NCBI GenBank assembly: GCA_050115495.1
Contig: JASFQK010000020.1
Span: forward strand, 1-64,000
Source of the DNA: Phycisphaerae bacterium
GTDB lineage: Bacteria; Planctomycetota; Phycisphaerae; UBA1845; Fen-1342
Reading direction: 5' to 3'
DNA: 64,000 bases
The position numbers and the translations under genes are program-made. This document shows, one piece after another, positions 1 through 8,182 of this stretch (the stretch's first letter is position 1; every line of letters begins with the position of its first letter). The notes under the pieces were generated by a model that saw nothing but the letters and a program-made list of their open reading frames with translations, had not been told where the DNA came from and made no database searches.

Positions 1-80
1 CCGACCTCCAGGATATCTTGCCGAAAATCACGCGCACGCACGCAGCGTTCGATAAGTCATCGAACTAATGAGGCACTACA

Positions 81-797
81 CTAGCTGCGACGGCGGGCGA
101 CAGCACCGGCCGCCACCAACAACAGCAGCAGACCCGACGGCTCAGGAACGAGCGTGCCTTCGATACGCATGGCGGCGTTGGGGCCCATGTAGGCGCTGTC
201 ATCCTTAAGCAACCACGTCTCGGGGAACGGATCACCGGACTCCTGATCCCATAGTTTCCAGGCATTCCAGCCGCAGATGTCGTTCTCGTTGAGGAGCCAC
301 GCAATACCACCGAGAGGATCCAGATCAGTCTCGACGGCAAGCCAGTACTGCGCATCGCCGGTCAGCACCAGAGAATCGAACTCGAACGTCGTCGGCACAA
401 TCTCGTCTTCGCCAAACTCCCCCAGATCAGACGCCAGGGCATCGATCGTCGCCAGACAGGTCCCAGCCACCATCTCTCCCGGGAAATCATCTGGGTTCGT
501 GGGCACACCGTCCGCCGCGTAGATCTTGACCTGGTACCAGAACTGCTCCGGGAACAACGTCTTGTGCGCAAGGGGCAACGTCACGGAGATGTCGGTATAC
601 GCGCCAGCGGCCAGATCGAAGCGCATGGCGTTGTAAAGCGTGGAGTCCATGAACCAGATGTCACCACATGCGTAATGATCCGACGACGAAAAGCTGTCCC
701 CAGGGTAGTTATCGTAGACAATCTCCGCATGTGACACGCTGGCGAGAGCGATGACGATCGCAACTGCTGCGACGCACATCTGTACGAACCGTTCCAT
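81..797 (-). CDS. PEP-CTERM sorting-domain surface protein
   Basis: ATG at 797 after GGAAGGAG; signal peptide MERFVQMCVAAVAIVIALASVSHA; C-terminus VPEPSGLLLLLVAAGAVARRRS (PEP + TM + Arg cluster). Confidence 0.9.
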   Translation of the reverse strand: MERFVQMCVAAVAIVIALASVSHAEIVYDNYPGDSFSSSDHYACGDIWFMDSTLYNAMRFDLAAGAYTDISVTLPLAHKTLFPEQFWYQVKIYAADGVPTNPDDFPGEMVAGTCLATIDALASDLGEFGEDEIVPTTFEFDSLVLTGDAQYWLAVETDLDPLGGIAWLLNENDICGWNAWKLWDQESGDPFPETWLLKDDSAYMGPNAAMRIEGTLVPEPSGLLLLLVAAGAVARRRS

Positions 798-944
798 CTG
801 GCTACTCCTTCCTACGAATCTCGTTGACTTCGATACCTGCAACAATGCAGGTCGAAACTCGCATCGCCCAACGCGACCGCCCCTGCCACCTGCTGTCACC
901 CGCCGGTGACGAGCGGGCCGGCGGATTCACCCGCCGTGAAAATC

Positions 945-973
945 AGGATACTCAGTATCGCAGACTCGTTCAA
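945..973 (-). promoter_or_regulatory. Putative sigma70 promoter for the PEP-CTERM gene
   Basis: Minus strand TTGAAC-17 nt-TATCCT; overlaps the small palindrome GATAC-TCA-GTATC (947-959). Confidence 0.5.
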
Positions 974-1007
974 GAGAATTTTTTCAAATTTCTTTGATCC
1001 ACATCTC

Positions 1008-1036
1008 TTGTCCAGATTAATCTCTCGAATTAGAAT
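1008..1036 (+). promoter_or_regulatory. Putative sigma70 promoter
   Basis: TTGTCC-17 nt-TAGAAT, preceded by an AT-rich tract (971-1000), divergent from the promoter at 945-973. Confidence 0.6.
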
Positions 1037-1065
1037 GCCTTGTGGGCCGTACGGACCGAGCTACG

Positions 1066-2334
1066 ATGGTCATGATGAATGAGGAGAAGCGAACTGCACC
1101 AGCCCGCGGCGTGGCGTTCGCAGACTTGGCGACCACCCGGCTAACGCGGGTTCAGAGTTCCATGCGGAGCTTAATCCGCTCCATCCCTGGAGTTACGAGC
1201 CGCCCGAAGGACCTGGAGCGGACGCTGGGGATCAGCGCGTCTCTCGCGTGGCAGATTCACAAGTTCGCCAACGCCGATGACCCGCTGGCGGAAATCCGTG
1301 TCCTGCCCGGGCAGGTCGCCATCGAACGGTTTCTCAGGGCGGCGGCGAAGCGCGGCGCGCCGGAATCCACGATCGCCCAGGTGCGGACCGCCCTGGGCGA
1401 TATTGAGGAACTGGTTTCCCAGTATGCCGCGAATCGGAAGGAGTTCGAGTCGCTGCTCAGCGGTTTATCAAGGGACGGTGGCGAGGCCGTGGACCTGAAG
1501 AACCGCCTGGCGACGTTTGCCGGCCAGAGTCACCTGCTTGGTTTTCGCGCCGACACGATCGTGAGCTGTTTCGTTTATGCACCATCGCGCGTGGATCCGT
1601 CGTCGCTTGATGCGGCAACGATGCGGACCATCACCGGAATACGTCGGTTTCGATACGACACGAGCATCGTCGTTGCCGAGGTACGTGCCGTCCATGACGA
1701 CGGCATGCCCTTTGAATCCCAGCCGGAACCGCTGGTTGAGGAAACAAGTGGCAGCTACGAGGGGTTGATTCCGCAGTTCTGCAGTCAGCCGCTGCCCGTT
1801 CTGAAGCGCGTCTCGACAGTGGTGGAGAAGGCGAATGTCGAGGTGCAGCCACAGGGACTGGGTGCGAAGTCGGTGATGACGTGCACCATCGGTCATTCCT
1901 TGCGTGCCTGCATGCCTCGATACCGCACCGCGACGGATACGATGCAGCTCAGCCATACGGCCGTCCGCATCCCCTGCAAGCTGCTGATCCAGGACACGCT
2001 GGTGTACCGTGGCGTGTTCGAACCGAATCAACGGGAGGTTGCGGTCTACACCGATCATCGCGGTGTCGACGCCGCCCCCTTCGATCGGAAGTGCGACAAG
2101 CTGCGGGCCGACGTGTCGGCGGTGTTCATGGGCAGCGGAATCCACGTGCTGAACGTGGAAGAGGTACCGATCTACGAGGACCTGATGCGTTTTGCCTTCG
2201 AGCGCATGAACTGGAACATCGACGATTTCGACCTGTACCGCGTGCGGATCCGATATCCACTGATGCCCTCATCGCTCGTCTCCCGATTTGACCTTCGCGA
2301 ACCTCCCGAGGAACGATCATCTGACGGCGAGTGA
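1066..2334 (+). CDS. Uncharacterised protein with N-terminal HTH-like segment; putative regulator, paralog of 61053-62294
   Basis: Long ORF (start uncertain: 1042, 1066, 1072 or 1075); RPKDLERTLGISASLAWQI resembles an HTH; aligns by eye end-to-end with the 61053 ORF. Confidence 0.75.
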   Translation: MVMMNEEKRTAPARGVAFADLATTRLTRVQSSMRSLIRSIPGVTSRPKDLERTLGISASLAWQIHKFANADDPLAEIRVLPGQVAIERFLRAAAKRGAPESTIAQVRTALGDIEELVSQYAANRKEFESLLSGLSRDGGEAVDLKNRLATFAGQSHLLGFRADTIVSCFVYAPSRVDPSSLDAATMRTITGIRRFRYDTSIVVAEVRAVHDDGMPFESQPEPLVEETSGSYEGLIPQFCSQPLPVLKRVSTVVEKANVEVQPQGLGAKSVMTCTIGHSLRACMPRYRTATDTMQLSHTAVRIPCKLLIQDTLVYRGVFEPNQREVAVYTDHRGVDAAPFDRKCDKLRADVSAVFMGSGIHVLNVEEVPIYEDLMRFAFERMNWNIDDFDLYRVRIRYPLMPSSLVSRFDLREPPEERSSDGE

Positions 2335-2434
2335 CGCCGGGCGCGGACGGCGGCGGAGCTCATAGACCACGGCCCGCGAACGGGACGCTCGCGGGCCGCG
2401 GAAGCGGGGCGTGGTGGAGTCGGTGAGGGCCGCG

Positions 2435-3088
2435 TTAGCGGCGGCGCAGCAGCACGCCGGCGACGCCGAGCAGCAGCAGCGACGCCGGTTCGGGGATGCA
2501 CCGCGTGTCGACGATGATCTGGTCGAAGAACAGCTCGTCATAGTCGTTGAGCGCGTCGACGTAGAGTGACTCGAACTCCGGGTTCGGCCAGATGAAGATG
2601 TGCCAGCGCTCGTACCACCAGGTACCGTTGTCGGTGGATTCGAGCGGGAGCTGCATTTCCAGCGACACTTCGTTGACGTACGGCGACCCCGGCTCGTCCA
2701 CGACCAGGTTCGGCGGACCACCGTAGTAGTACGGGTCGGTGGCGTCCACGTAGTACGTCCACTGCACGTAGATCTCCTTGAACTCGTTCGGCTCGGGAAC
2801 GTTCGGGAGATCGATGTAGAAGCGCCAGAAGAAGTTGTAGACGCCCTGCCGGCCCTCCCACGTGTCAAACCATTCGTGGGAGGCGAAGTACGCGTCATCG
2901 ATGGAAGGCTGGCCGTACGGGTTCAAGAGGTTGTCCGCCGGGATCGGATTGGCGTCCGGATCGTTGCCAAACCACCAGGCCTCCCACGTCGTGTTTGGTT
3001 GATCCCTCCACGGGGGCGGATACAGATCGTCCGCCGTGGCCGGTAGCGCAAATGTCAGCAGACATGCGCAAACGATGAAGCTCCTCAT
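2435..3088 (-). CDS. PEP-CTERM sorting-domain surface protein
   Basis: GAGGAG RBS then ATG at 3088; signal peptide MRSFIVCACLLTFALPATA; ends IPEPASLLLLGVAGVLLRRR. Confidence 0.9.
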   Translation of the reverse strand: MRSFIVCACLLTFALPATADDLYPPPWRDQPNTTWEAWWFGNDPDANPIPADNLLNPYGQPSIDDAYFASHEWFDTWEGRQGVYNFFWRFYIDLPNVPEPNEFKEIYVQWTYYVDATDPYYYGGPPNLVVDEPGSPYVNEVSLEMQLPLESTDNGTWWYERWHIFIWPNPEFESLYVDALNDYDELFFDQIIVDTRCIPEPASLLLLGVAGVLLRRR

Positions 3089-3682
3089 TCCACTTCTCCT
3101 CTCGGGGCAGGCGCACGCCCGAGCCGCCGGCGAAGGGCCGGCCCGGCGCGACTTGCCCCAGCAAGGCCCGGCGTCCCCGCGGCGAGCCCGTCCAGCGGAT
3201 TGGCTCGACAGGGAGACACCGGGCAGCCCTTCGACGCCCTCCAGACTCCACGACACCCCGAACAGAACCTGGCGTTTGCCCACTGTCCTCCTCCATGCGC
3301 GCGAACAGACAACGTGGGCGCAGCCAACTGCGCGAGAACAGCAATGCACCAGACCGGTACTTCGCAGACGATGTGGCCCAACGAAATGTGCGGACACAGT
3401 GTACCGCGCCGGGCGGGCGGCGTCCGGGGCTTTGGAGGTCTTTTTTGATGAGAGAAACAGAGACCCGCGCCCGGCTGGCGACGCCTGTCCCCTGAATGGC
3501 GGATTCTCTTCGGTGCTGGAGTTACGCGCCCCAAGTCGGCGGTCGACCATCGCCGGTTGGCGAGATGGCGTGCGGATTCGCGCGCACTTCGCAAGCAGCG
3601 TTGCGGGTCGCGGATTCCGGCCTAACGCATGTCATTCTGGAAAAGGAAGGCGCAAGTCGCGAGTTCGAGGGGGGTTAGGGAA

Positions 3683-3755
3683 CTGGGCTGCCAGGGCTCG
3701 AACCTGGAACCTTCTGATCCAGAGTCAGACGTTCTACCAGTTGAACTACAGCCCA
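3683..3755 (-). tRNA. tRNA-Gln(CTG), CCA not encoded
   Basis: Minus strand TGGGCTGTAGTTCAACTGGTAGAACGTCTGACT-CTG-GATCAGAAGGTTCCAGGTTCGAGCCCTGGCAGCCCAG; acceptor stem, D loop and GTTCGA T loop intact. Confidence 0.97.
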
Positions 3756-3996
3756 ATGCGTTCGCTGCCGGCCAACCTTTTCGGTTGCCTCAGACGGGCT
3801 ATTTAACACTGGACGGCTCGGGGCGTCAAGCCCCGCCGAAGGGCCCCGCCAGGGCGTAAAGTCTGCCTCCCCGCCGACCCCGGGGCGAACCACAAGACGC
3901 TGGCCGGCCGAAATCATACAATCCGCCTCTACGTCCCGGCCGCCGGTGAGCCCCGGCCGGCCGGCGTCCGCAACGCTGGAACAGGATGTCCCGACC

Positions 3997-5709
3997 ATGA
4001 GTCAACCCGCGCCGGAGTCGCCCCGGACCCATTTCATCCAGGACCTCATCAACGAGGATATGAAGACCGGCCGCTTCGACGGCCGCGTGCACACGCGTTT
4101 TCCGCCCGAACCGAACGGCTACCTGCACATCGGCCATGCGAAGTCCATCTGCCTGAACTTCGGCCTGGCCGAGGAGTACGCCGGCGGCAAGTGCAATCTC
4201 CGCTTCGACGACACGAACCCGGTCAAGGAAGAGGAGGAGTACGTCCAGTCGATCATCGACAACGTGCGCTGGCTCGGCTTCGACTGGGAGGACCGCCTCT
4301 GCTTCGGCTCGGACTACTTCGAGCAGATGTACGAGTGGGCCGTCGACCTGGTCAGGAAGGGCAAGGCGTACGTCTGCGACCTGACATCGGACGAGATCCG
4401 CGAATATCGCGGCACGCTCACGCGGCCGGGCCGTAACAGCCCCTACCGCGATCGCTCGGTCGAGGAGAATCTCGATCTGTTCGAGCGCATGCGCAAGGGC
4501 GAATTCCCGGACGGTTCGCGCACGCTGCGGGCCAAGATCGACATGGCCTCGGCCAACCTGAACATGCGCGACCCGATCATGTACCGCATCCTGCACGCCC
4601 GGCATCATCGCTCGGGCGACAAGTGGTGCATCTACCCAATGTACGACTGGGCCCACGGGCTCGAAGACGCCATCGAGCGGATCACGCACTCGATCTGCAC
4701 GCTCGAATTCGAGAACCACCGTCCGCTCTACGACTGGTTCCTCGACGCACTGGGCATCTACCACCCGCAGCAGATCGAGTTCGCCCGGCTCGAACTGACC
4801 TACACGGTCATGAGCAAGCGGAAGCTGCTCGAGCTGGTCAAGGAAGGGCACGTCCGTGGCTGGGACGATCCGCGCATGCCGACCATCTCCGGCCTGCGCC
4901 GCCGCGGCTATACGCCGGAGGCCATCCGCGAGTTCTGCAAGCGGATCGGCGTGGCGAAATTCAACAGCACGATCGACATCGCCCTGCTGGAGAATTGCCT
5001 GCGCGAGGATCTGAACCGCCGGGCCCCGCGGGCCATGGCCGTGCTCAACCCGTTGCGCGTGGTCATCGACAACTACCCCGAGGACCAGGTGGACGAGCTC
5101 GAAGCGGTCAACAACCCGGAAGACCCGGCCATGGGCACGCGGCGCGTCCCCTTCTCGCGTGTGCTCTACATCGAGCGCGACGACTTCCGTGAGGACCCGC
5201 CGAAGAAGTTTTTCCGGCTGGCTCCCGGCCGCGAGGTCCGGCTGCGCTACGCGTATTACATCACGTGTGTCGGCTGCGTGAAGGACCCGCAGACGGGTGA
5301 GGTCGTCGAGCTGCACTGCACGTACGACCCGCAGACGCGCGGCGGCGACAGCCCGGACGGGCGCAAGGTCAAGGCGACGCTGCACTGGGTGTCGGCGGCG
5401 CACGCCATCGAGGCCGAGGTCCGCCAGTACGATCATCTGTTCCGAACGCCGGAGCCGGACGATGTCCCGGAAGGGCAGGACTACAAGGCGAACCTCAACC
5501 CGGACTCGCTGCAGGTGCTGAGTTCGTGCAAGGTCGAGCCGTCGCTGGCCGGTGCAACACCGGGAACGCGCTACCAGTTTGAGCGGCAGGGTTACTTCTG
5601 CGTGGACGCAGATTCCGCCAGCGAACGTCTGGTATTCAACCGCACCGTTCCACTGAAAGACACGTGGGCGAAGATCGAGAAGCGCGAAGAGCCGCCTCAG
5701 AAGGGGTAG
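3997..5709 (+). CDS. glnS: Glutaminyl-tRNA synthetase
   Basis: [24 protein letters not shown] (HIGH), [30 protein letters not shown]. Confidence 0.97.
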   Translation: MSQPAPESPRTHFIQDLINEDMKTGRFDGRVHTRFPPEPNGYLHIGHAKSICLNFGLAEEYAGGKCNLRFDDTNPVKEEEEYVQSIIDNVRWLGFDWEDRLCFGSDYFEQMYEWAVDLVRKGKAYVCDLTSDEIREYRGTLTRPGRNSPYRDRSVEENLDLFERMRKGEFPDGSRTLRAKIDMASANLNMRDPIMYRILHARHHRSGDKWCIYPMYDWAHGLEDAIERITHSICTLEFENHRPLYDWFLDALGIYHPQQIEFARLELTYTVMSKRKLLELVKEGHVRGWDDPRMPTISGLRRRGYTPEAIREFCKRIGVAKFNSTIDIALLENCLREDLNRRAPRAMAVLNPLRVVIDNYPEDQVDELEAVNNPEDPAMGTRRVPFSRVLYIERDDFREDPPKKFFRLAPGREVRLRYAYYITCVGCVKDPQTGEVVELHCTYDPQTRGGDSPDGRKVKATLHWVSAAHAIEAEVRQYDHLFRTPEPDDVPEGQDYKANLNPDSLQVLSSCKVEPSLAGATPGTRYQFERQGYFCVDADSASERLVFNRTVPLKDTWAKIEKREEPPQKG

Positions 5710-5861
5710 TGTCGGCGGGTTCGGCGGAGGAATCTGAGGAGTTATCGGCGAATTAATATTCGGGCCCTGGGACCAGCCGGCTTGTAAAACCCACGATTTC
5801 AAGGGGTTCGGTAGCGGTTTCGGGGTACGGCGGCGGTTAAACAGAAGTTGACCATACGGGC

Positions 5862-5890
5862 TTGCCAATCGCTAAATGTTGTAATAGTAT
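5862..5890 (+). promoter_or_regulatory. Putative sigma70 promoter in the glnS-TolC intergenic region
   Basis: TTGCCA-17 nt-TAGTAT in an AT-rich patch. Confidence 0.55.
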
Positions 5891-5897
5891 TAAGAGA

Positions 5898-5989
5898 GAG
5901 CAGGACACCGAACCCCGGGCCGGACTGCGTCGGCGTACGTGTCCCCCCCCGCACGTCCCGACCGCCGGCCCATTTTTCGCGCCCTGCTC
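5898..5989 (+). ncRNA. Candidate structured RNA (long interrupted hairpin with C-rich loop)
   Basis: Four nested helices: 5898-5904/5983-5989, 5917-5923/5965-5971, 5929-5933/5958-5962, 5937-5941/5952-5956; loop TCCCCCCCCG; starts at the predicted TSS. Confidence 0.35.
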
Positions 5990-6224
5990 GGCCGCTTCTG
6001 TCGGGGGAATTTCCTTCTGCTGAGCTTCGTGTCTTGTCGTCTGCAATTGGCCCTTCGGCGCGACTTGCGCGCGACGTGATCTGCTCGGCGAATGATCCGC
6101 CTACGCCGGAGAATACACTCGCGCCGTCGCTCGACAGCGACGGTCCTCACCTGTCGCGGCGCGGCGGCAGGAAAGGGAGGATCGGCGGTTGTTGCCGGTG
6201 CGGCTCGCGGTCGGCGCCGGCAGT

Positions 6225-6254
6225 TTGACACGCCCGTGTGGGCCCACCTATCAT
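6225..6254 (+). promoter_or_regulatory. Putative sigma70 promoter for the TolC/TMTC operon
   Basis: TTGACA-18 nt-TATCAT about 65 nt upstream of the ATG. Confidence 0.55.
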
Positions 6255-6319
6255 CGCGACCTACGCTCGGAGCGAGGACGGCGGGGTGACACCATAGGGG
6301 TGTCGAGGAGAGCAAGGAC

Positions 6320-8182
6320 ATGCCTCGACGAATGTACGGCTGCATGTGGCAGGCTGCGGTTCTGTGGGTCATCGGATCGGCACTCGTGCTGATCCCGGCC
6401 TGCCAGGAACTGAGTGATTCTCCGAACTTCACCACGTCGGCCGGCGTGTACCGCGACCGTATGCTGGCCGAGCACGAGGAGAAGCTCTCCGACCAGCGTG
6501 AGCGGCGCGAAGTGCGGGCCGTGCCGGTGTCGTGGCAAAGCGAACTGCCGGAGCGAGCCGCCCTCGTCACACAGCCGCCCACGGCGGAGCAGCCGTCGCC
6601 GGTGCAGGTCCTGGCCGAAATGCCCGACCCGGACGAAGCGCCCGCGGTGATGCAGCAGCGTCTCGAAACGCTGAAGGAGTCCGCCCGAACGGACGTGCGT
6701 GTCGGCCGGAATTACGAGCGCGTGGTGGTCGAGGCCCTGGAGGAGCTGAAGCGCCTGGGACAGGGGCGTCAGGTCCGGATGAGCCTGGCCGAGTGCGTGC
6801 AGCGGGCGCTCGAGAATAACTACGCGATCCGCATCGAGGCCTACAACCCGGCGATCAGCCAGACGCACCTCGTGGAAGCCGAAGCGGCGTTCGACGCCGA
6901 GTTCTTCCTGGACTCGTCCTGGAGCAAACAGGACCGCAACGTCGGATCCGAGTTGCAGGCGAGCGCGACGGACACACGCACGTATTCGGGCGGGTTCCGC
7001 AAGCTGCTCGCCTCGGGCATGCAGGTGCAGGCTGAGATCGGTCAGACGCGCACCTGGTCCAACTTCCAATATCAGACGCTCAACCCGTCGTACGAGTCCA
7101 CGTTCATGGTCTCGTTCACGCAGCCCCTGCTGCGGAACTTCGGGCTGGACGTGAACCGGGCGACGATCAACATCCGCCGGGCTGAACGCGACATCGCCCA
7201 CGAGAAGTTCGTCCAGATGGTGCGTGACCGGCTGTTCGACGTGGAGTCGGCGTACTGGCGGCTGGCGGCGGCGCGGCGCATCGCGGCCATCTCCGCCGAG
7301 CAGGTCTCACAGAACCACGCCACGTACCTGAACATGGTCGAGCGGCAGGAGCACGACGCGACCGAGGTCGAGCTGGCGAACTCCGAGTCGCGCTGGCGCA
7401 CGCGGCAGGTCGAATTCCAGGAGGCGGTCAAGAGCGTTCGCGACGCCGAGGACACGCTCAAGAACCTGCTGAACGACCCGGAGCTGCTGCTCTCCGAGGA
7501 CATCGAGATCGTCCCGATCGATACGCCGTATGCAGCGGCGCTGGCCCTGGATCAACTGGCCGCGGTTCGGACGGCCGTCGACCGCCGGAGCGAGATTCGC
7601 GAGGCGCTGCGCTACATCGAGCAGGCCCGCATCGCCACCGCCGCTGCCAAGAACCAGACGCTGCCGCAGCTCGACCTGAGCTTCCAGTACGAAGTGCAGG
7701 GTATGAACGTCAGTGCGGACTCCTCGTTCGACAACCTGACGACGAACCGGTTCATCTCGTACGCGGTCCGTGCCCAGTTCTCCTATCCGATCGGCAACCG
7801 AGCCCGGCGGGCCGCCTATCGGCGCTCCCAGCTCCAAGAATCGCAGGCGGTCGTCGGCCTACACCAGACGACGGATGCGATCGTGCAGGAGGTCAATGCG
7901 GCCGTGCGGACGCTCGCCGTTCGCTACGCCCAGATCGCGCCGGGGCTGATCGCCGCGCAATCCGCCGAGCGGAACCTGCGTGCCCTCCAGGCCCGCACGC
8001 AGCGGATCGACCCGAACTACCTGCAAACCGAGCTGTCCGCGGTGGAGCAGCTCTTCGCCGCCCGCCGAACGCTGCTGCAAGTGGTCGCCGAGTACAACAT
8101 CGCCATCGCCGCACTGGAAAAGGCGAAGGGCACGCTGCTCGAATACAACAATGTCGTCGTGACTGATGAGCCGCCAGATTAA
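6320..8182 (+). CDS. TolC-family outer membrane efflux protein (probable lipoprotein)
   Basis: SLAECVQRALENN, FTQPLLRNFG, VESAYWRL, LPQLDLSF, FSYPIGNR motifs; lipobox-like LIPAC. Confidence 0.85.
   Translation: MPRRMYGCMWQAAVLWVIGSALVLIPACQELSDSPNFTTSAGVYRDRMLAEHEEKLSDQRERREVRAVPVSWQSELPERAALVTQPPTAEQPSPVQVLAEMPDPDEAPAVMQQRLETLKESARTDVRVGRNYERVVVEALEELKRLGQGRQVRMSLAECVQRALENNYAIRIEAYNPAISQTHLVEAEAAFDAEFFLDSSWSKQDRNVGSELQASATDTRTYSGGFRKLLASGMQVQAEIGQTRTWSNFQYQTLNPSYESTFMVSFTQPLLRNFGLDVNRATINIRRAERDIAHEKFVQMVRDRLFDVESAYWRLAAARRIAAISAEQVSQNHATYLNMVERQEHDATEVELANSESRWRTRQVEFQEAVKSVRDAEDTLKNLLNDPELLLSEDIEIVPIDTPYAAALALDQLAAVRTAVDRRSEIREALRYIEQARIATAAAKNQTLPQLDLSFQYEVQGMNVSADSSFDNLTTNRFISYAVRAQFSYPIGNRARRAAYRRSQLQESQAVVGLHQTTDAIVQEVNAAVRTLAVRYAQIAPGLIAAQSAERNLRALQARTQRIDPNYLQTELSAVEQLFAARRTLLQVVAEYNIAIAALEKAKGTLLEYNNVVVTDEPPD

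Noticed and set aside
3089..3680. Long leader of the PEP-CTERM gene containing GGGCAAAC, suggesting a c-di-GMP-I riboswitch
   Set aside because: The GNRA hairpin and GACGCAAAG continuation are absent; structure not distinguishable from GC-rich background by eye
3826..5868. 680 aa minus-strand ORF and similar long antisense ORFs (14900-17068, 19945-21345, 26038-27627, 47263-48819, 57951-59693)
   Set aside because: Shadows of real genes in GC-rich DNA; no motifs, and fully overlapping well-supported CDS
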